Source of the DNA: Octopus bimaculoides
Taxonomy: Eukaryota
Assembly: GCF_001194135.2 (NCBI RefSeq)
Contig: NC_068986.1
Span: 22,925,833 to 22,989,832, forward strand
Direction of reading: 5' to 3'
DNA: 64,000 nt
Under the pieces are notes generated by a model, which was not told where the DNA came from, ran no database searches, and saw only the letters and a list, made by a program, of their open reading frames with translations. Below are positions 1-13,930 of the stretch, piece by piece; position 1 is the stretch's first letter; the number at the start of each line of letters is the position of its first letter. A program made the translations under genes and the position numbers.

Positions 1-510
1 TAAATCATTAATTTTAGGTGTAAACAAATTTTTTTGACATCAATGTGTTCGTATTGAATTAGCATTTGTCAAAATTAAATGTGGAAAACATCATCCCTTA
101 TGTGGTGTCCGTTTTCATTGACGCATTTCTGAAACCCTGTCTGACGCGTTCCATATTTTCCGGGGTCCGTACCGTTCGTGGCGCCCCCACCTGTCTCCTA
201 TTCATTAGTGTACCTCGTGTACGAAGTGCATTCACCCAACGTAAGATTGTATCATGGATGGGAACAGTCTGATTTCGATGGACGTTTAAGTGGCATCGAA
301 ACTCACGCTAAACTGTTGTACAGACTCGTTATTCTTCGCGTAACTGTCGTGGGCAAGCATGCGATGCTCTATCGTCCACAGCTCTATGGCGTCACCTGAA
401 ACGTAAAGAAAACACTACGGACCGAATGGTATCTGTCGGACATATGTTCCTCCCCCTGGGGCTGAGTAATAGCCATTTCAAAAACGTCCGTTCTCTATGC
501 CCCACCTTTT
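1..510 (-). mobile_element. internally deleted Tc1/mariner element (DUF4817-type HTH transposase N-terminus)
   Basis: Minus translation with a frameshift gives WTIEHRMLAHDSYAKNNESV...VPIHDTILRWVNALRTRGTL...GAPRTVRTPENMERVR, joined directly to a C-terminal-like KCVNENGHHIRDDVF. Degenerate CAGGGTG-type terminus near 503-510; the other end is outside the window. Confidence 0.68.
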
Positions 511-682
511 TATATAATTGTCGGCTGAAGAAGATAGTAAAGTACAACCGTTATCTTGTTTAACTACTAAAACCATGTGTATTAAATGCATTCTTCATAC
601 CAACCTGTTTGTGTTTATTCTGATATATATACATATTAATATATTAATATATTTAATGCTATTGATTTGATTTGATTTTTAG

Positions 683-736
683 GGCGCACCCGGACCTAAA
701 GGAACACCTGGAGAATCTGGTGGACAAGGAATGATC
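683..736 (+). CDS. collagen helical exon, 54 bp
   Basis: ag|[18 protein letters not shown]|gtacgt. Confidence 0.93.
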
Positions 737-802
737 GTACGTTCTTATTTTCTTAAAGATTTTTTAGAAATGCAATAAAACTTTTAACTTATCAGAGACT
801 CC

Positions 803-846
<44 letters not shown>

Positions 847-1407
847 ATCTATGCATTCATGTATGTGCCTGTGTGTGCGTGTATATGTATGTATGTGTGT
901 ATGCGTGTTTGAGTGTATCTGCGTTGTGTGTGTGTGTAAGTTTATTTGTGAGTGTAATGGGGAGGGGTGCACGAAATATAGAAAAATACTCAANNNNNNN
1001 NNNNNNNNNNNNNNNNNNNNNNNNNNNNNNNNNNNNNNNNNNNNNNNNNNNNNNNNNNNNNNNNNNNNNNNNNNNNNNNNNNNNNNNNNNNNNNNNNNNN
1101 NNNNNNNNNNNNNNNNNNNNNNNNNNNNNNNNNNNNNNNNNNNNNNNNNNNNNNNNNNNNNNNNNNNNNNNNNNNNNNNNNNNNNNNNNNNNNNNNNNNN
1201 NNNNNNNNNNNNNNNNNNNNNNNNNNNNNNNNNNNNNNNNNNNNNNNNNNNNNNNNNNNNNNNNNNNNNNNNNNNNNNNNNNNNNNNNNNNNNNNNNNNN
1301 NNNNNNNNNNNNNNNNNNNNNNNNNNNNNNNNNNNNNNNNNNNNNNNNNNNNNNNNNNNNNNNNNNNNNNNNNNNNNNNNNNNNNNNNNNNNNNNNNNNN
1401 NNNNNNN

Positions 1408-1452
<45 letters not shown>

Positions 1453-4400
1453 GCACGCACGCACACACACATACATACATACATACATACATACATGTAA
1501 CGGACAGCAAATGTAGGCTGTGCAAAAACTAATATTGGAGACATTGACGGACAACAAATGTAGGTTTTGCCAACTACGAAAGAATTCTTCTGGATATTAT
1601 GTTCCTATGAGGCATGATGCGCAAGCCGAAACAGTTTGAACAGAATAAGAAAAAACGGAAATTGCCAACGGACAAAGCTGATTATATTGAAAGCGACAGG
1701 TCAAAGAATGTTGGTGAAACTTAAAAACTAAAACAACTATCAAGTTAAAATATTAGTGGTCAGATATTGTTGTGTGAGACCACAAGAATAAGATATTTTC
1801 TGATGTGGAAATCAGCTGTCCTCTGGACGCCATTGTAGTCAGAAATATACAGCAGAAATAAAACATTCATGAACCGTTTATAAAAAGTTTGCAAATCTGG
1901 TATCCAAGATACATTTTCAGTTTTAGCTTAACTTTCGTTAGATCTACTAAGAGCGAAACTATAAGATAACAAGCATTTGCTTGGGTAGAGTTTTCATTGA
2001 TATAAATGGGGATTATGGTGCTATGATGACAGAAAGAATGTGGTGAGAAAAAGGGCAGAAATTTAGCGTGTTAGGAGTAAATTTAAATAATTAAAAAATT
2101 AACAACACTGTAATTTCGTATTGCTTTTTTTTTATTTCAGGGTATGCCCGGTCCCAGAGGTGCAGTTGGCAGCCCAGGACCTAAAGGAGAAGCTGTGAGT
2201 ATTTATCATTAAAGTTTTATTGTTTCCGTATGACTATGTAGCATATATAACATACAATGGTCTAATTGTTTGGAAAGTGGCTTGTTCGCTAACCTACATA
2301 CGTGTAAATTACCTAGTTTCGAAAGGATATCATGAAACCTGGTTAGAGAAGTGATGTATAGGTGTCATGTAGGTGTCTGCTTACCTACATGGCAAGACAG
2401 ATCTGCATGACTCCACAATTTGAATGGTGCTGATGATCCTGAGACGAAGGACTTAAGATTGAAAACTAGTTAGTTGACCCTGTAGGTAGAGCTTCACATC
2501 AGTGAGTGGAGCCGGTGTGCCTTCTCTCCTAATGACCTTTGAAACCTAGCGGCGTCTGGTATGCGAAGCTTTTGGTTGATAGCACTTGCACCAGCGAGCC
2601 GTTTGCAAGTCTCTGGGTAACTTCAATGTATTCATACGCGTTATAAACTAGCCAGTTACGAATCATCGACACTTTGTAAGTGTCGTTGCATTTACATAAA
2701 ATCTATGTTACCCCTATAAAAGTTGTATTCGTAAGCTATTGTTTCTGAAATTCACAGTTTCACGTTATCTTAAACACCCTGTTGGCAATTCTTGGGTTAT
2801 CACTTGTTTATTGGTATTTAATCTTCTAGGTTAACTGCATCAAATATAGTAACAATTTGTGATTAGATGTGTGACAAAAAGTTTTAGAAATGTTTCAGTT
2901 AATGTTGAACTTGTTATAAACTTAAGTTGGTAATATATTTGTTTTAACTATGAACAGGTTACAATCACTTTGTATGTCTTTAACTCGTTCACTATCCCTC
3001 CAAACCTATGTCTGTAGCTGACATGCTTCTTTTACTCATTAAAGCAATTAACGTTTTAATTTTATTTTAGGGTGATGCTGGCGCTCCAGGATTTGATGGT
3101 GAAGTAGGACGACCTGGACGTACTGGTCATCAAGGTGAACCAGGTCTTCCCGGACCTCCTGGCCCTAAACCAGAGAAAGGTGCTCGCGGAGAACCTGGAT
3201 CTGCTGGTGACCCTGGACAGCCCGGTGCCCCTGGTGATAGAGGAGGCCCTGGACTTCAAGGTGAACAAGGTCTTCCTGGACTTCCCGTAAGTTTATAAAC
3301 GAAACTTTTATTCCAATCAATTTTTCTTTTATACAAAAGCTCTTCAGCATTAAATTAAGATTCTCTACTTGAAATCCTGCAACAGAAATAAAAAGATACA
3401 TACATTTTCTCATGTATTGCATCATTTTATAGAGATTTGGCTTGGAATACCGGTCTAACCTTTCGTTTTTTAATTGTATTTAGGGACCTATTGGACCAGC
3501 TGGACCCAAAGGACCCGCAGGTGATCGTGGAATAAAGGTGAGTATTTTACATATCAATTACATGCTATATATACATTTTGATTCTTGTACGGTATTGCAG
3601 TGTCTGTGACAGTAAGGTGACGATCTTCTTAACTGAAAGATTAGCAGTTTGTATCACATCTCACGTACAACGTTGAGCAAGACACTTAGTTCTTCTGCTT
3701 AGTTTAGCTATTTCTTACTCTATAACCGTCGGGCAGTGTGTTCTTGAGCAAGACACTTTATTTCACACTGCTCCAGTTCACTCAGCTGTAGAAACGAGTT
3801 GCGATGTCACTGGTGCCAAACTGTATCGGCTTTGTCTTCCCCTTGGGTAACATCGGTGGCGTTGAGAGGGGTGTCTGGTAAGCATGGGCAACTGCTGGTC
3901 TTCTATAGTAACCTTGCCCGGACTTGTGCTCGGAGGGTAACTTCCTAGGTGCAACTCTATGGTCATTTATGACCGAAGGGGATCTTTAAACACTTTATAC
4001 AGTGTAAGCAGTAGGAGCATTGAATAAATTCCGGTCACTTGGTTAGCTAACCGTACGTAACTTCGTAGGTTTCGATTTATATATGATATGCCATGCTAAT
4101 CTGCTCGAAACACATTTCATAAATATGTTTGAGTCATTGTCAAATCAATACCACATTGAGTTCATACAGATTTATAACGAAGGCACAAAACTTATGTTTA
4201 AAATATAGAATTTTCTTTTCGTTTTCGACCAAGTCTTTCAGTTAAGTATTTAGTTATATCTCGTCGTATTTGATTGGTTAAGCGGCAATATAATTCCATT
4301 CGAGAATGCCCATATTTATGTATTAAACCTATACTAGCAAATCAACAACGAAGCTCCTATATGGTCGTTTGAACTGTTAGAAATGGCTGCCAAATCACAC

Positions 4401-5317
4401 CTGAGCATATTAAAAATACTCACACATATTGAACACACTGAGGTTAAATATAACATATCTAAAAAAAAAACAAAAAACAAAAAAAACGAAAGGAAAAAGG
4501 GTGGAGGACTGACGGAATCGTTGGAGTGTCGGAAAAAATGTTCTGTGATATTTGTCTCGGCTCCTTTATCTTCTGAGCTAAAATCCCTCTGATTTAACTG
4601 ATATCACACTTCCCTTAATTTCGTAGACTTGTGCTTTGCTCGATGTTTTTGCTGTTATAATAATTAATATTATATGTTCTATTATTTGACAGGGAGAAGT
4701 CGGTGGTGTTGGACCTCAAGGTAACCCAGGTCGTACCGGACTTCCCGTAAGTAAAACCATTTAATGCATTCGTTGTTACTGTGGTAATTATTAAGCGATC
4801 GTGACTGAATATAGACATAGTTATATCTAATCTTCTATGCATAAACCGAGAGATATGAACGCATACAGACATCAGTACACAGATAAACGATACATACAAA
4901 TATTGTATACATACATAGACCAATGAGAGAATCTCTAAGTGAAAGCTCGATCTGTTAGATTGAGAACCTAAGTCTACACTAAATCACACCATACCCGCTG
5001 AAATAAACGAAGGTCTCATTGAATAATATATTACATATACTATGTTGAAAAATTAAAATGGATGGTCTCGGGTAGAATATTTTTGATCAAAGATCTGCTC
5101 AAGATGAGCTGATTTGGGACGAAAAAAGAACAATGACAGATTACGAAGGCCAGATTATTTTGTTCGAACATGAGAGAAGTATTTTCTCCTTCAATAAGCG
5201 AAAATTTATCCTTTAAAAATGGCGGTTATTTTGTAATGTCGTCGCAACAAAATATTTCATTTCCTTTGGGGTTTTTGTGCGTGTTTCTTTGATTTCTTTC
5301 TCCTTCACCCCCCTCTT

Positions 5318-5366
<49 letters not shown>

Positions 5367-5864
5367 CTCATTAGAAAACTGGGGTTACCCTATATTCAGA
5401 AGCCGTATTAAATTCGAACATATACGGTTGCAAAAACAAACCACACACAGACATACTAATGTTGTTTCAAATATGCAAAACATATGACACCACATGTGCA
5501 CATACACATCCATATCTAATTAATTATTCATGCATATCTATATCTACCATAATAACTAATAAAATTTTTTATAACTAAAATTTACTAGGGCCCTGATGGA
5601 ATTCGTGGAAAGCGTGGACAACGTGGTGAAGCCGGTCTTGCTGGAATCCCCGGAGAGCCTGGAGCTAGTGGTCTTCCCGGACTTCAAGGTCCCCCTGGTC
5701 CTGCTGGAAGCCCTGGAGAAACTGGTGTTCCTGGAGAAATCGGAATTAAGGTAAATATGTTTGTCAGATCGATAGCAACTCGTTTGAAGGTCGTAATTCT
5801 TTATGTATCAACGTGACAAATTTATACATACATGCTCACAGTCAATCACACACACACACATACA

Positions 5865-5902
<38 letters not shown>

Positions 5903-7883
5903 TACATATTTATTCTTATTTCTACTTCACTTACGTTTACAGTCGAAGTTAGTTATAAAGATTCTATTTTTATAAAACGATTTACATAAAATGCAAGGTA
6001 ATTAGCTACACACTTGTAAATTGCAATCTATGATTTACTAAGGTTTCCGTTCTTTGTAATCCAGGGTTCACGAGGAGAACAGGGATATGCTGGACGCAAC
6101 GGTGATGTCGGACCTCAAGGTTTCCCCGGTATTCCCGGACANNNNNNNNNNNNNNNNNNNNNNNNNNNNNNNNNNNNNNNNNNNNNNNNNNNNNNNNNNN
6201 NNNNNNNNNNNNNNNNNNNNNNNNNNNNNNNNNNNNNNNNNNNNNNNNNNNNNNNNNNNNNNNNNNNNNNNNNNNNNNNNNNNNNNNNNNNNNNNNNNNN
6301 NNNNNNNNNNNNNNNNNNNNNNNNNNNNNNNNNNNNNNNNNNNNNNNNNNNNNNNNNNNNNNNNNNNNNNNNNNNNNNNNNNNNNNNNNNNNNNNNNNNN
6401 NNNNNNNNNNNNNNNNNNNNNNNNNNNNNNNNNNNNNNNNNNNNNNNNNNNNNNNNNNNNNNNNNNNNNNNNNNNNNNNNNNNNNNNNNNNNNNNNNNNN
6501 NNNNNNNNNNNNNNNNNNNNNNNNNNNNNNNNNNNNNNNNNNNNNNNNNNNNNNNNNNNNNNNNNNNNNNNNNNNNNNNNNNNNNNNNNNNNNNNNNNNN
6601 NNNNNNNNNNNNNNNNNNNNNNNNNNNNNNNNNNNNNNNNNNNNNNNNNNNNNNNNNNNNNNNNNNNNNNNNNNNNNNNNNNNNNNNNNNNNNNNNNNNN
6701 NNNNNNNNNNNNNNNNNNNNNNNNNNNNNNNNNNNNNNNNNNNNNNNNNNNNNNNNNNNNNNNNNNNNNNNNNNNNNNNNNNNNNNNNNNNNNNNNNNNN
6801 NNNNNNNNNNNNNNNNNNNNNNNNNNNNNNNNNNNNNNNNNNNNNNNNNNNNNNNNNNNNNNNNNNNNNNNNNNNNNNNNNNNNNNNNNNNNNNNNNNNN
6901 NNNNNNNNNNNNNNNNNNNNNNNNNNNNNNNNNNNNNNNNNNNNNNNNNNNNNNNNNNNNNNNNNNNNNNNNNNNNNNNNNNNNNNNNNNNNNNNNNNNN
7001 NNNNNNNNNNNNNNNNNNNNNNNNNNNNNNNNNNNNNNNNNNNNNNNNNNNNNNNNNNNNNNNNNNNNNNNNNNNNNNNNNNNNNNNNNNNNNCTTCAAG
7101 CCTTCTGCCTATAGTAGAAAGGATTATTATTATTGTTGTTATTGTTGTTATTATCTAAGGCGGTGAGTTCGCAGAATCATTAGCACTCCGCTCAAAATTC
7201 TTAGTAGCACAGGGGTTGATGCAAACCTACACCTCCCTCTAAATTGCTTGCCTTATGCTAAAAATTGACTCCATATTTAAGGTGATAGGCCAGCGGTATC
7301 TATTAAGCGTCGGGGAAAAAAAAAGGCTTGGCTGTATTTACTCTAGCTCTTTAAGTTCCGATCCGAGTTCAAATCCTACATGGGTTAACTTTGCCCTTCT
7401 TCCTTCCGGTGCCAATAGAATAAAGTGCCATTTAAAACTTAATAGACTAACTCCACTCCCAATTCTTAGCCTAGAGTCCATGTTAAGAAGACTACGTATT
7501 TTTCTATATTCCTATTATCCCGTCTCACGACTTGTGATTTTCATTTTCTTAGGGAAACGTAGGCCCACTCGGACCAGCAGGACGTCAAGGTGAACGTGGT
7601 CTTCCAGGTATTCCCGGAGTACAGGGAGAACGTGGACCTAAGGGACCACTTGGACCTCACGTATGTGTTCCTAACTTCTTTATCGTAACCAGAAAAAATA
7701 TATATTCATATGTATTCGAAGAATGCAAGTAATGCAAACCATTAATTGAAACGATTATAACGAGTACTATGACATCCGTCTTTCTTTCGTTCCTTCCTTG
7801 TTTGTTTGTTTGTTTGTTTCTTTCTTTCTTTCTTTCTTCTTTCTGTTATGTATTGGAATATATATGTATGAATGTATATATAT

Positions 7884-7925
<42 letters not shown>

Positions 7926-7932
7926 ATATATT

Positions 7933-7963
<31 letters not shown>

Positions 7964-8998
7964 GTATATATATATATATTTATATGTATATATATATANN
8001 NNNNNNNNNNNNNNNNNNNNNNNNNNNNNNNNNNNNNNNNNNNNNNNNNNNNNNNNNNNNNNNNNNNNNNNNNNNNNNNNNNNNNNNNNNNNNNNNNNNN
8101 NNNNNNNNNNNNNNNNNNNNNNNNNNNNNNNNNNNNNNNNNNNNNNNNNNNNNNNNNNNNNNNNNNNNNNNNNNNNNNNNNNNNNNNNNNNNNNNNNNNN
8201 NNNNNNNNNNNNNNNNNNNNNNNNNNNNNNNNNNNNNNNNNNNNNNNNNNNNNNNNNNNNNNNNNNNNNNNNNNNNNNNNNNNNNNNNNNNNNNNNNNNN
8301 NNNNNNNNNNNNNNNNNNNNNNNNNNNNNNNNNNNNNNNNNNNNNNNNNNNNNNNNNNNNNNNNNNNNNNNNNNNNNNNNNNNNNNNNNNNNNNNNNNNN
8401 NNNNNNNNNNNNNNNNNNNNNNNNNNNNNNNNNNNNNNNNNNNNNNNNNNNNNNNNNNNNNNNNNNNNNNNNNNNNNNNNNNNNNNNNNNNNNNNNNNNN
8501 NNNNNNNNNNNNNNNNNNNNNNNNNNNNNNNNNNNNNNNNNNNNNNNNNNNNNNNNNNNNNNNNNNNNNNNNNNNNNNNNNNNNNNNNNNNNNNNNNNNN
8601 NNNNNNNNNNNNNNNNNNNNNNNNNNNNNNNNNNNNNNNNNNNNNNNNNNNNNNNNNNNNNNNNNNNNNNNNNNNNNNNNNNNNNNNNNNNNNNNNNNNN
8701 NNNNNNNNNNNNNNNNNNNNNNNNNNNNNNNNNNNNNNNNNNNNNNNNNNNNNNNNNNNNNNNNNNNNNNNNNNNNNNNNNNNNNNNNNNNNNNNNNNNN
8801 NNNNNNNTATAATAATATTAATCCACTTTTGACATTTTCAGCGTCATTAATCATAGTAATACATTTATCATAACTATAAGAATAATTTAATCGTAAATTT
8901 TAATGTTTATGATAAAAATAAGAGAATTGTAGGTGTTTTCTTTTTTTAATAACTTTATACCTACCTTTGTACCACCATGTATATATGCGCGCGCGCGC

Positions 8999-9036
<38 letters not shown>

Positions 9037-12015
9037 TTATGCATATACATATATATATATATATACATGCATATCCAAATACTCTCGGATGTATGTATGT
9101 AAAGTGTGATGCAACCAATCTACTTATTTCACGCGGATGAGTGAATGTGGATGTTTGTGTTCGCTTGATGATGATGATGATGAAAGACATGCATTGATAA
9201 CTGTAGTACGATGTTTCCACTAACCACAAAGAATTACTCACAGTGATACTTTATTTGTCTTCTAAGGGAGATCCCGGAGATCCTGGACAAGCTGGACGTG
9301 ATGGAAACCAAGGCCCACAAGGTTTGTCTGGACCACCAGGAACACCTGGTATCCCTGGAGAAGCCGGACAAGTAGTAAGTTCAAAGTTGGATAAATATTT
9401 TGATAACGCAATTCTCATCACAGAAACAAGTAACAAAAAAAAAGAAAAAGAAGAGAAAAATATAAAGCTAATTGGTTGGTTAACTTCGTACCTGATAGAA
9501 TTTATAAAAATAGTTTTAAGAATTTTACTACACTCAATACAAGTACCAGCACATTACGTCATTCGCTACGCACGAACACATATTACATACATACGTACAT
9601 ACATACGTTAAATGCATCATACATACATACTGCAGTTACTCTATCCAGATTACAAGTTCAGGTTTATACCTGTAATTATTGGGGCTCTGGGATATGTAAC
9701 ACACTGACTAAATACCAATCTTCAGAAATTAGGTTTCTCAAAACCAGAAACGAGAAAGCTAATTCGAAGACTACAGATCCAATCCATCACTGGAACTGTA
9801 AAAATCTGTAAAACTTTCCAGAAGTTTATAATTTAAATATATATGAGCATGTCTAGATATGTAATTATATGCACGAGAGCACATACATAAAACATATAAA
9901 TCTGTACATACATACATACATACATACATACAAACAAGCAAAAGTACCCTGTTGTTGATGTTGAAATTACAATGAACCTTGGATCTAGGTTAGAAACCGG
10001 TTCTTTCTCTATTGGCCGGAAATCTTGAAATAAACTGAACAATGACATACATACATACATACATACATACATACATACATGTATAATTAACGTAATCTAA
10101 TTCGAACCTTGTAAAGTGACTAATATTGTTAATCACATCTTTTTATATTCATAGGGTAATCCTGGACCTGATGGTGAGATCGGTATTAGCGGTCGACCTG
10201 GAGAACAAGGACCTTCTGGTGAGTCTGGAGCAGTTGGCAGACCCGGCACTGTAGGACTGCCTGTAAGTAATATGTCTGCATATATGTGCTGTTTGTTTTC
10301 TATTACAATTTCTGAAGCTAAACTCTCAAATGGTTCAGTCCATCTTGCTGAACAGAGGAACGGCTAGGTAGTTATACCAAGATTTAATTCATTCACTATT
10401 TAGGCCCTTCTTAATGATTTAAAGGAATTCTATCATGATAGAGGCACGCCACAGCTAACGTTTTCATCGTCCACAACATCACCTTTCATCCTCAGTAACT
10501 ACTACACTTGTGTGTAGCATTAGAAATTTCTATTTTTTTAAAAATGAAATACGCTGCCCTTATTTGAATTAATTGTGAAAAATCCCGCCTCTTACAATAT
10601 AGAAACATTGCTCATGGTTCCGGCAGACAAAATGAAAACAACGTTGCCCCGGAGAATGGCACAGCAGTTAACTTAATTGTTGACAATTTGTTCATTAGCA
10701 TGTTGCTGTAAATTTGTGAGGCATATGGTCTGGCGAACTGACGTGCCTTAGATATTAGAATTATCAGATAAATTCGTTCTGTGTTTTTTCTCCCTCTAAT
10801 TGACACTCCATCATCATATGTCTGGAGAAAAGGTAAAATTTATTCAAATTTCAAAAACGATAAACAAAAGTTGTATTTGTAATGAAAAGAAGGATAAAAA
10901 ATATTTACAGGCGATTCGAAGAAATATAAATAAATATATATATCTTCTCGAATAGCTGATGTAAAATGAAATAAACAATTTCTAGTTTGGGTTAATGGAA
11001 AAGAAAGAAAGAAAGAAATGAATAAATAAATGAATAAAAAGAGAGATTTTTAGATAATGGGTTAAATAAAAAAGGAGAAAAACGAGAATAAAAATAAATT
11101 GCATTGTGTTTATCAAAGCAATAATATGGTTCATTTTTTTATTGTAGGGACCCCAAGGGGCACCAGGATCCGCTGGACCAAGTGGAATTAGAGGAGAGAA
11201 GGTATGTAAAATTTATTTTGATATTGTTTTGCTTCTTAATTTAAGATGTTTTCTTAATGACTTCGATAAGTTTATTTCATAGTCAAAAAAATATTAAGTG
11301 ATTTCTTATGTGCTGTAAACAATTTACCATTTCTTTGATGCCCCCTTCGCTTGATGTCCTAAGCACGTGCTTATTTCGCTTAATGGTTAATCCAGCGCTG
11401 GTCACTGTGCTATGAAGAGGTACCACAAGATCAAATAAGGACTCACCGTTCTGAGAAATATTCTAGTATTATCAAAAACAAAATAACAGAGGGATATTCT
11501 TAGTATACTTTGAACAATAGTGGATTGGAAGAAACTTTAAAGCACCAGGACAAATGCTTTGAGTACATACATCCCTCTTTCTTCAGATTTCAAACATCAG
11601 TATTGGTTTACTGGGGTAACTTCAGTCAACTTAACCCCAATTTCTACAAGACCTGCATATATATTTCTATTTCTTTCTTTCTTATACCAATGTAGTAAAT
11701 TATTTTTAATAAAATGTACTTATGATATCGTTTCTATTATAGGGAGACATTGGACCCACTGGACCAGCTGGACTTGCCGGAGCTAGAGGAGCTCCCGTAA
11801 GTAGTTTTGGATATACATATAACACGGAATTTATTTCACTGTACAATAAAAATAAACGTGATATTTCGTTATCAATAATGACGACAACGACGCAAATGAT
11901 GATGATTATGTAAAAGCTACTTGAGGATTTTCTACTCTCAGAAGGAGAAAAGATATAGAAAGATAGATAAATCAATAGATAGATAGATAGACAAATGAAT
12001 AAATGGAGAGAGAGT

Positions 12016-12075
<60 letters not shown>

Positions 12076-12736
12076 GGACATTAACATAGCTAAAAGAAGA
12101 AAAAAAAGTAGATCGAGTTATCGTCTGCTTGTACGACCGTCTGTATCTCTGAGAATAGCGAAAGAAATCGTTTCATTTTTATTTCTATAAGATGGCGACC
12201 AGCAGTCTCCCGTACCGACCACAACCATTAGCAACTCCTTATCGTTTTGTGATGAGGAGGAAAGATGGCAAAAACAAAATTTAGATAAAGGAAGAACCTC
12301 CAAGAAGGAAGTGTATTTCAAGAGAAGCAGAGTAGAAAATGCGCAGAAGCGTCCATGTCGCCCCGGAAACGCATAAAGTTTGCAGTGTTTCGGACAACGA
12401 ACAACCGACTTATGAACTTTTTTAACCGACCTGCAAGGAAATTAAAAAATAAATAAATAAATAAATACAAATAAAAAATTAAGTGCAAAGCTTAAATCTC
12501 AGTACGCACGCGCACACATATATGCAACATCCATTAATACACTCGTTCGTGTATGTATCTATGCGTATATCTACATATGTACTCTTTTCATTGTAGGGAC
12601 CTGCCGGAATTGTCGGAGTCGATGGACCTCGTGGACCATCTGGTTTGAAAGTAAGTGTTTCTATTTACAATAACATTTAATTATTCATCTTACAACAACT
12701 TGTTTTCATTCACACAAAGTAGGTTTTATGACTCTG

Positions 12737-12769
<33 letters not shown>

Positions 12770-13489
12770 GAAAATGTGTGAAATCCTTGGTACTGTTAGG
12801 TATATTTGAAAAAGGAAAAGAATGACTTCACTGGTAGGTCTAATCAATTTAATTTTCTAATAATATAAATTTACAGTTTTGTCTTTAGATCTAGTAAGTT
12901 TTTTGATAGGTGAGGAGATATTTTAACAACGAATCTTTAAAAAATCTTTTCACTAAAGTTAACAAAGAACTTACTAGATCTAAAAACCAAACTGTAAAAT
13001 TATATTATTAGAAAATTAAATTGATCAGCACTATCAGAAAGGCATTCTTTTCTTTTTACACNNNNNNNNNNNNNNNNNNNNNNNNNNNNNNNNNNNNNNN
13101 NNNNNNNNNNNNNNNNNNNNNNNNNNNNNNNNNNNNNNNNNNNNNNNNNNNNNNNNNNNNNNNNNNNNNNNNNNNNNNNNNNNNNNNNNNNNNNNNNNNN
13201 NNNNNNNNNNNNNNNNNNNNNNNNNNNNNNNNNNNNNNNNNNNNNNNNNNNNNNNNNNNNNNNNNNNNNNNNNNNNNNNNNNNNNNNNNNNNNNNNNNNN
13301 NNNNNNNNNNNNNNNNNNNNNNNNNNNNNNNNNNNNNNNNNNNNNNNNNNNNNNNNNNNNNNNNNNNNNNNNNNNNNNNNNNNNNNNNNNNNNNNNNNNN
13401 NNNNNNNNNNNNNNNNNNNNNNNNNNNNNNNNNNNNNNNNNNNNNNNNNNNNNNNNNNNNNNNNNNNNNNNNNNNNNNNNNNNNNNNNN

Positions 13490-13558
<69 letters not shown>

Positions 13559-13898
13559 GTGTGTGTGTGTACATACATGCATAAGCACACGCACAGCCAC
13601 ACAGACACACACACACACATATATATGTATATATTTATATGTGTGTGTCTCTGTCTGTGTTTGTACTCCACGACTGCTTGACAACCGGCGTTGTTGTGCT
13701 TACGTCACTGTGACCTAGCGGTTCGGCAAAAGAAACCAATATAATAAGTACTAGGGTTAAAAAAAAATAAGGCCTGAGGTTGATTTATTCGACTAAAACC
13801 CATCGAAGCGGTGCGACAACATGGCCGCAGTCAAATGATTGAAATAAGTAAAAGATAAAAGATATATGTATATATGTGTTTATACAAATTTTGTATGT

Positions 13899-13930
<32 letters not shown>

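Noticed and set aside
784-1557. Long ORFs rich in CV, HT, IY or X here and at most other gaps
   Set aside because: Translations of (TG)n, (CA)n, (TA)n and N-runs; no coding signal.
2300-2640. GC-richer intronic patch, possibly a repeat fragment (similar patches at 10330-10780 and 12115-12440)
   Set aside because: No recognisable motif, terminus or second copy in the window.
3170-3172. A-to-I editing restoring the missing glycine
   Set aside because: Editing CCA can only give CCG, still Pro.
9243-9611. Stand-alone collagen-like ORF in the ORF track
   Set aside because: It is one internal 108-bp exon read through into intron.
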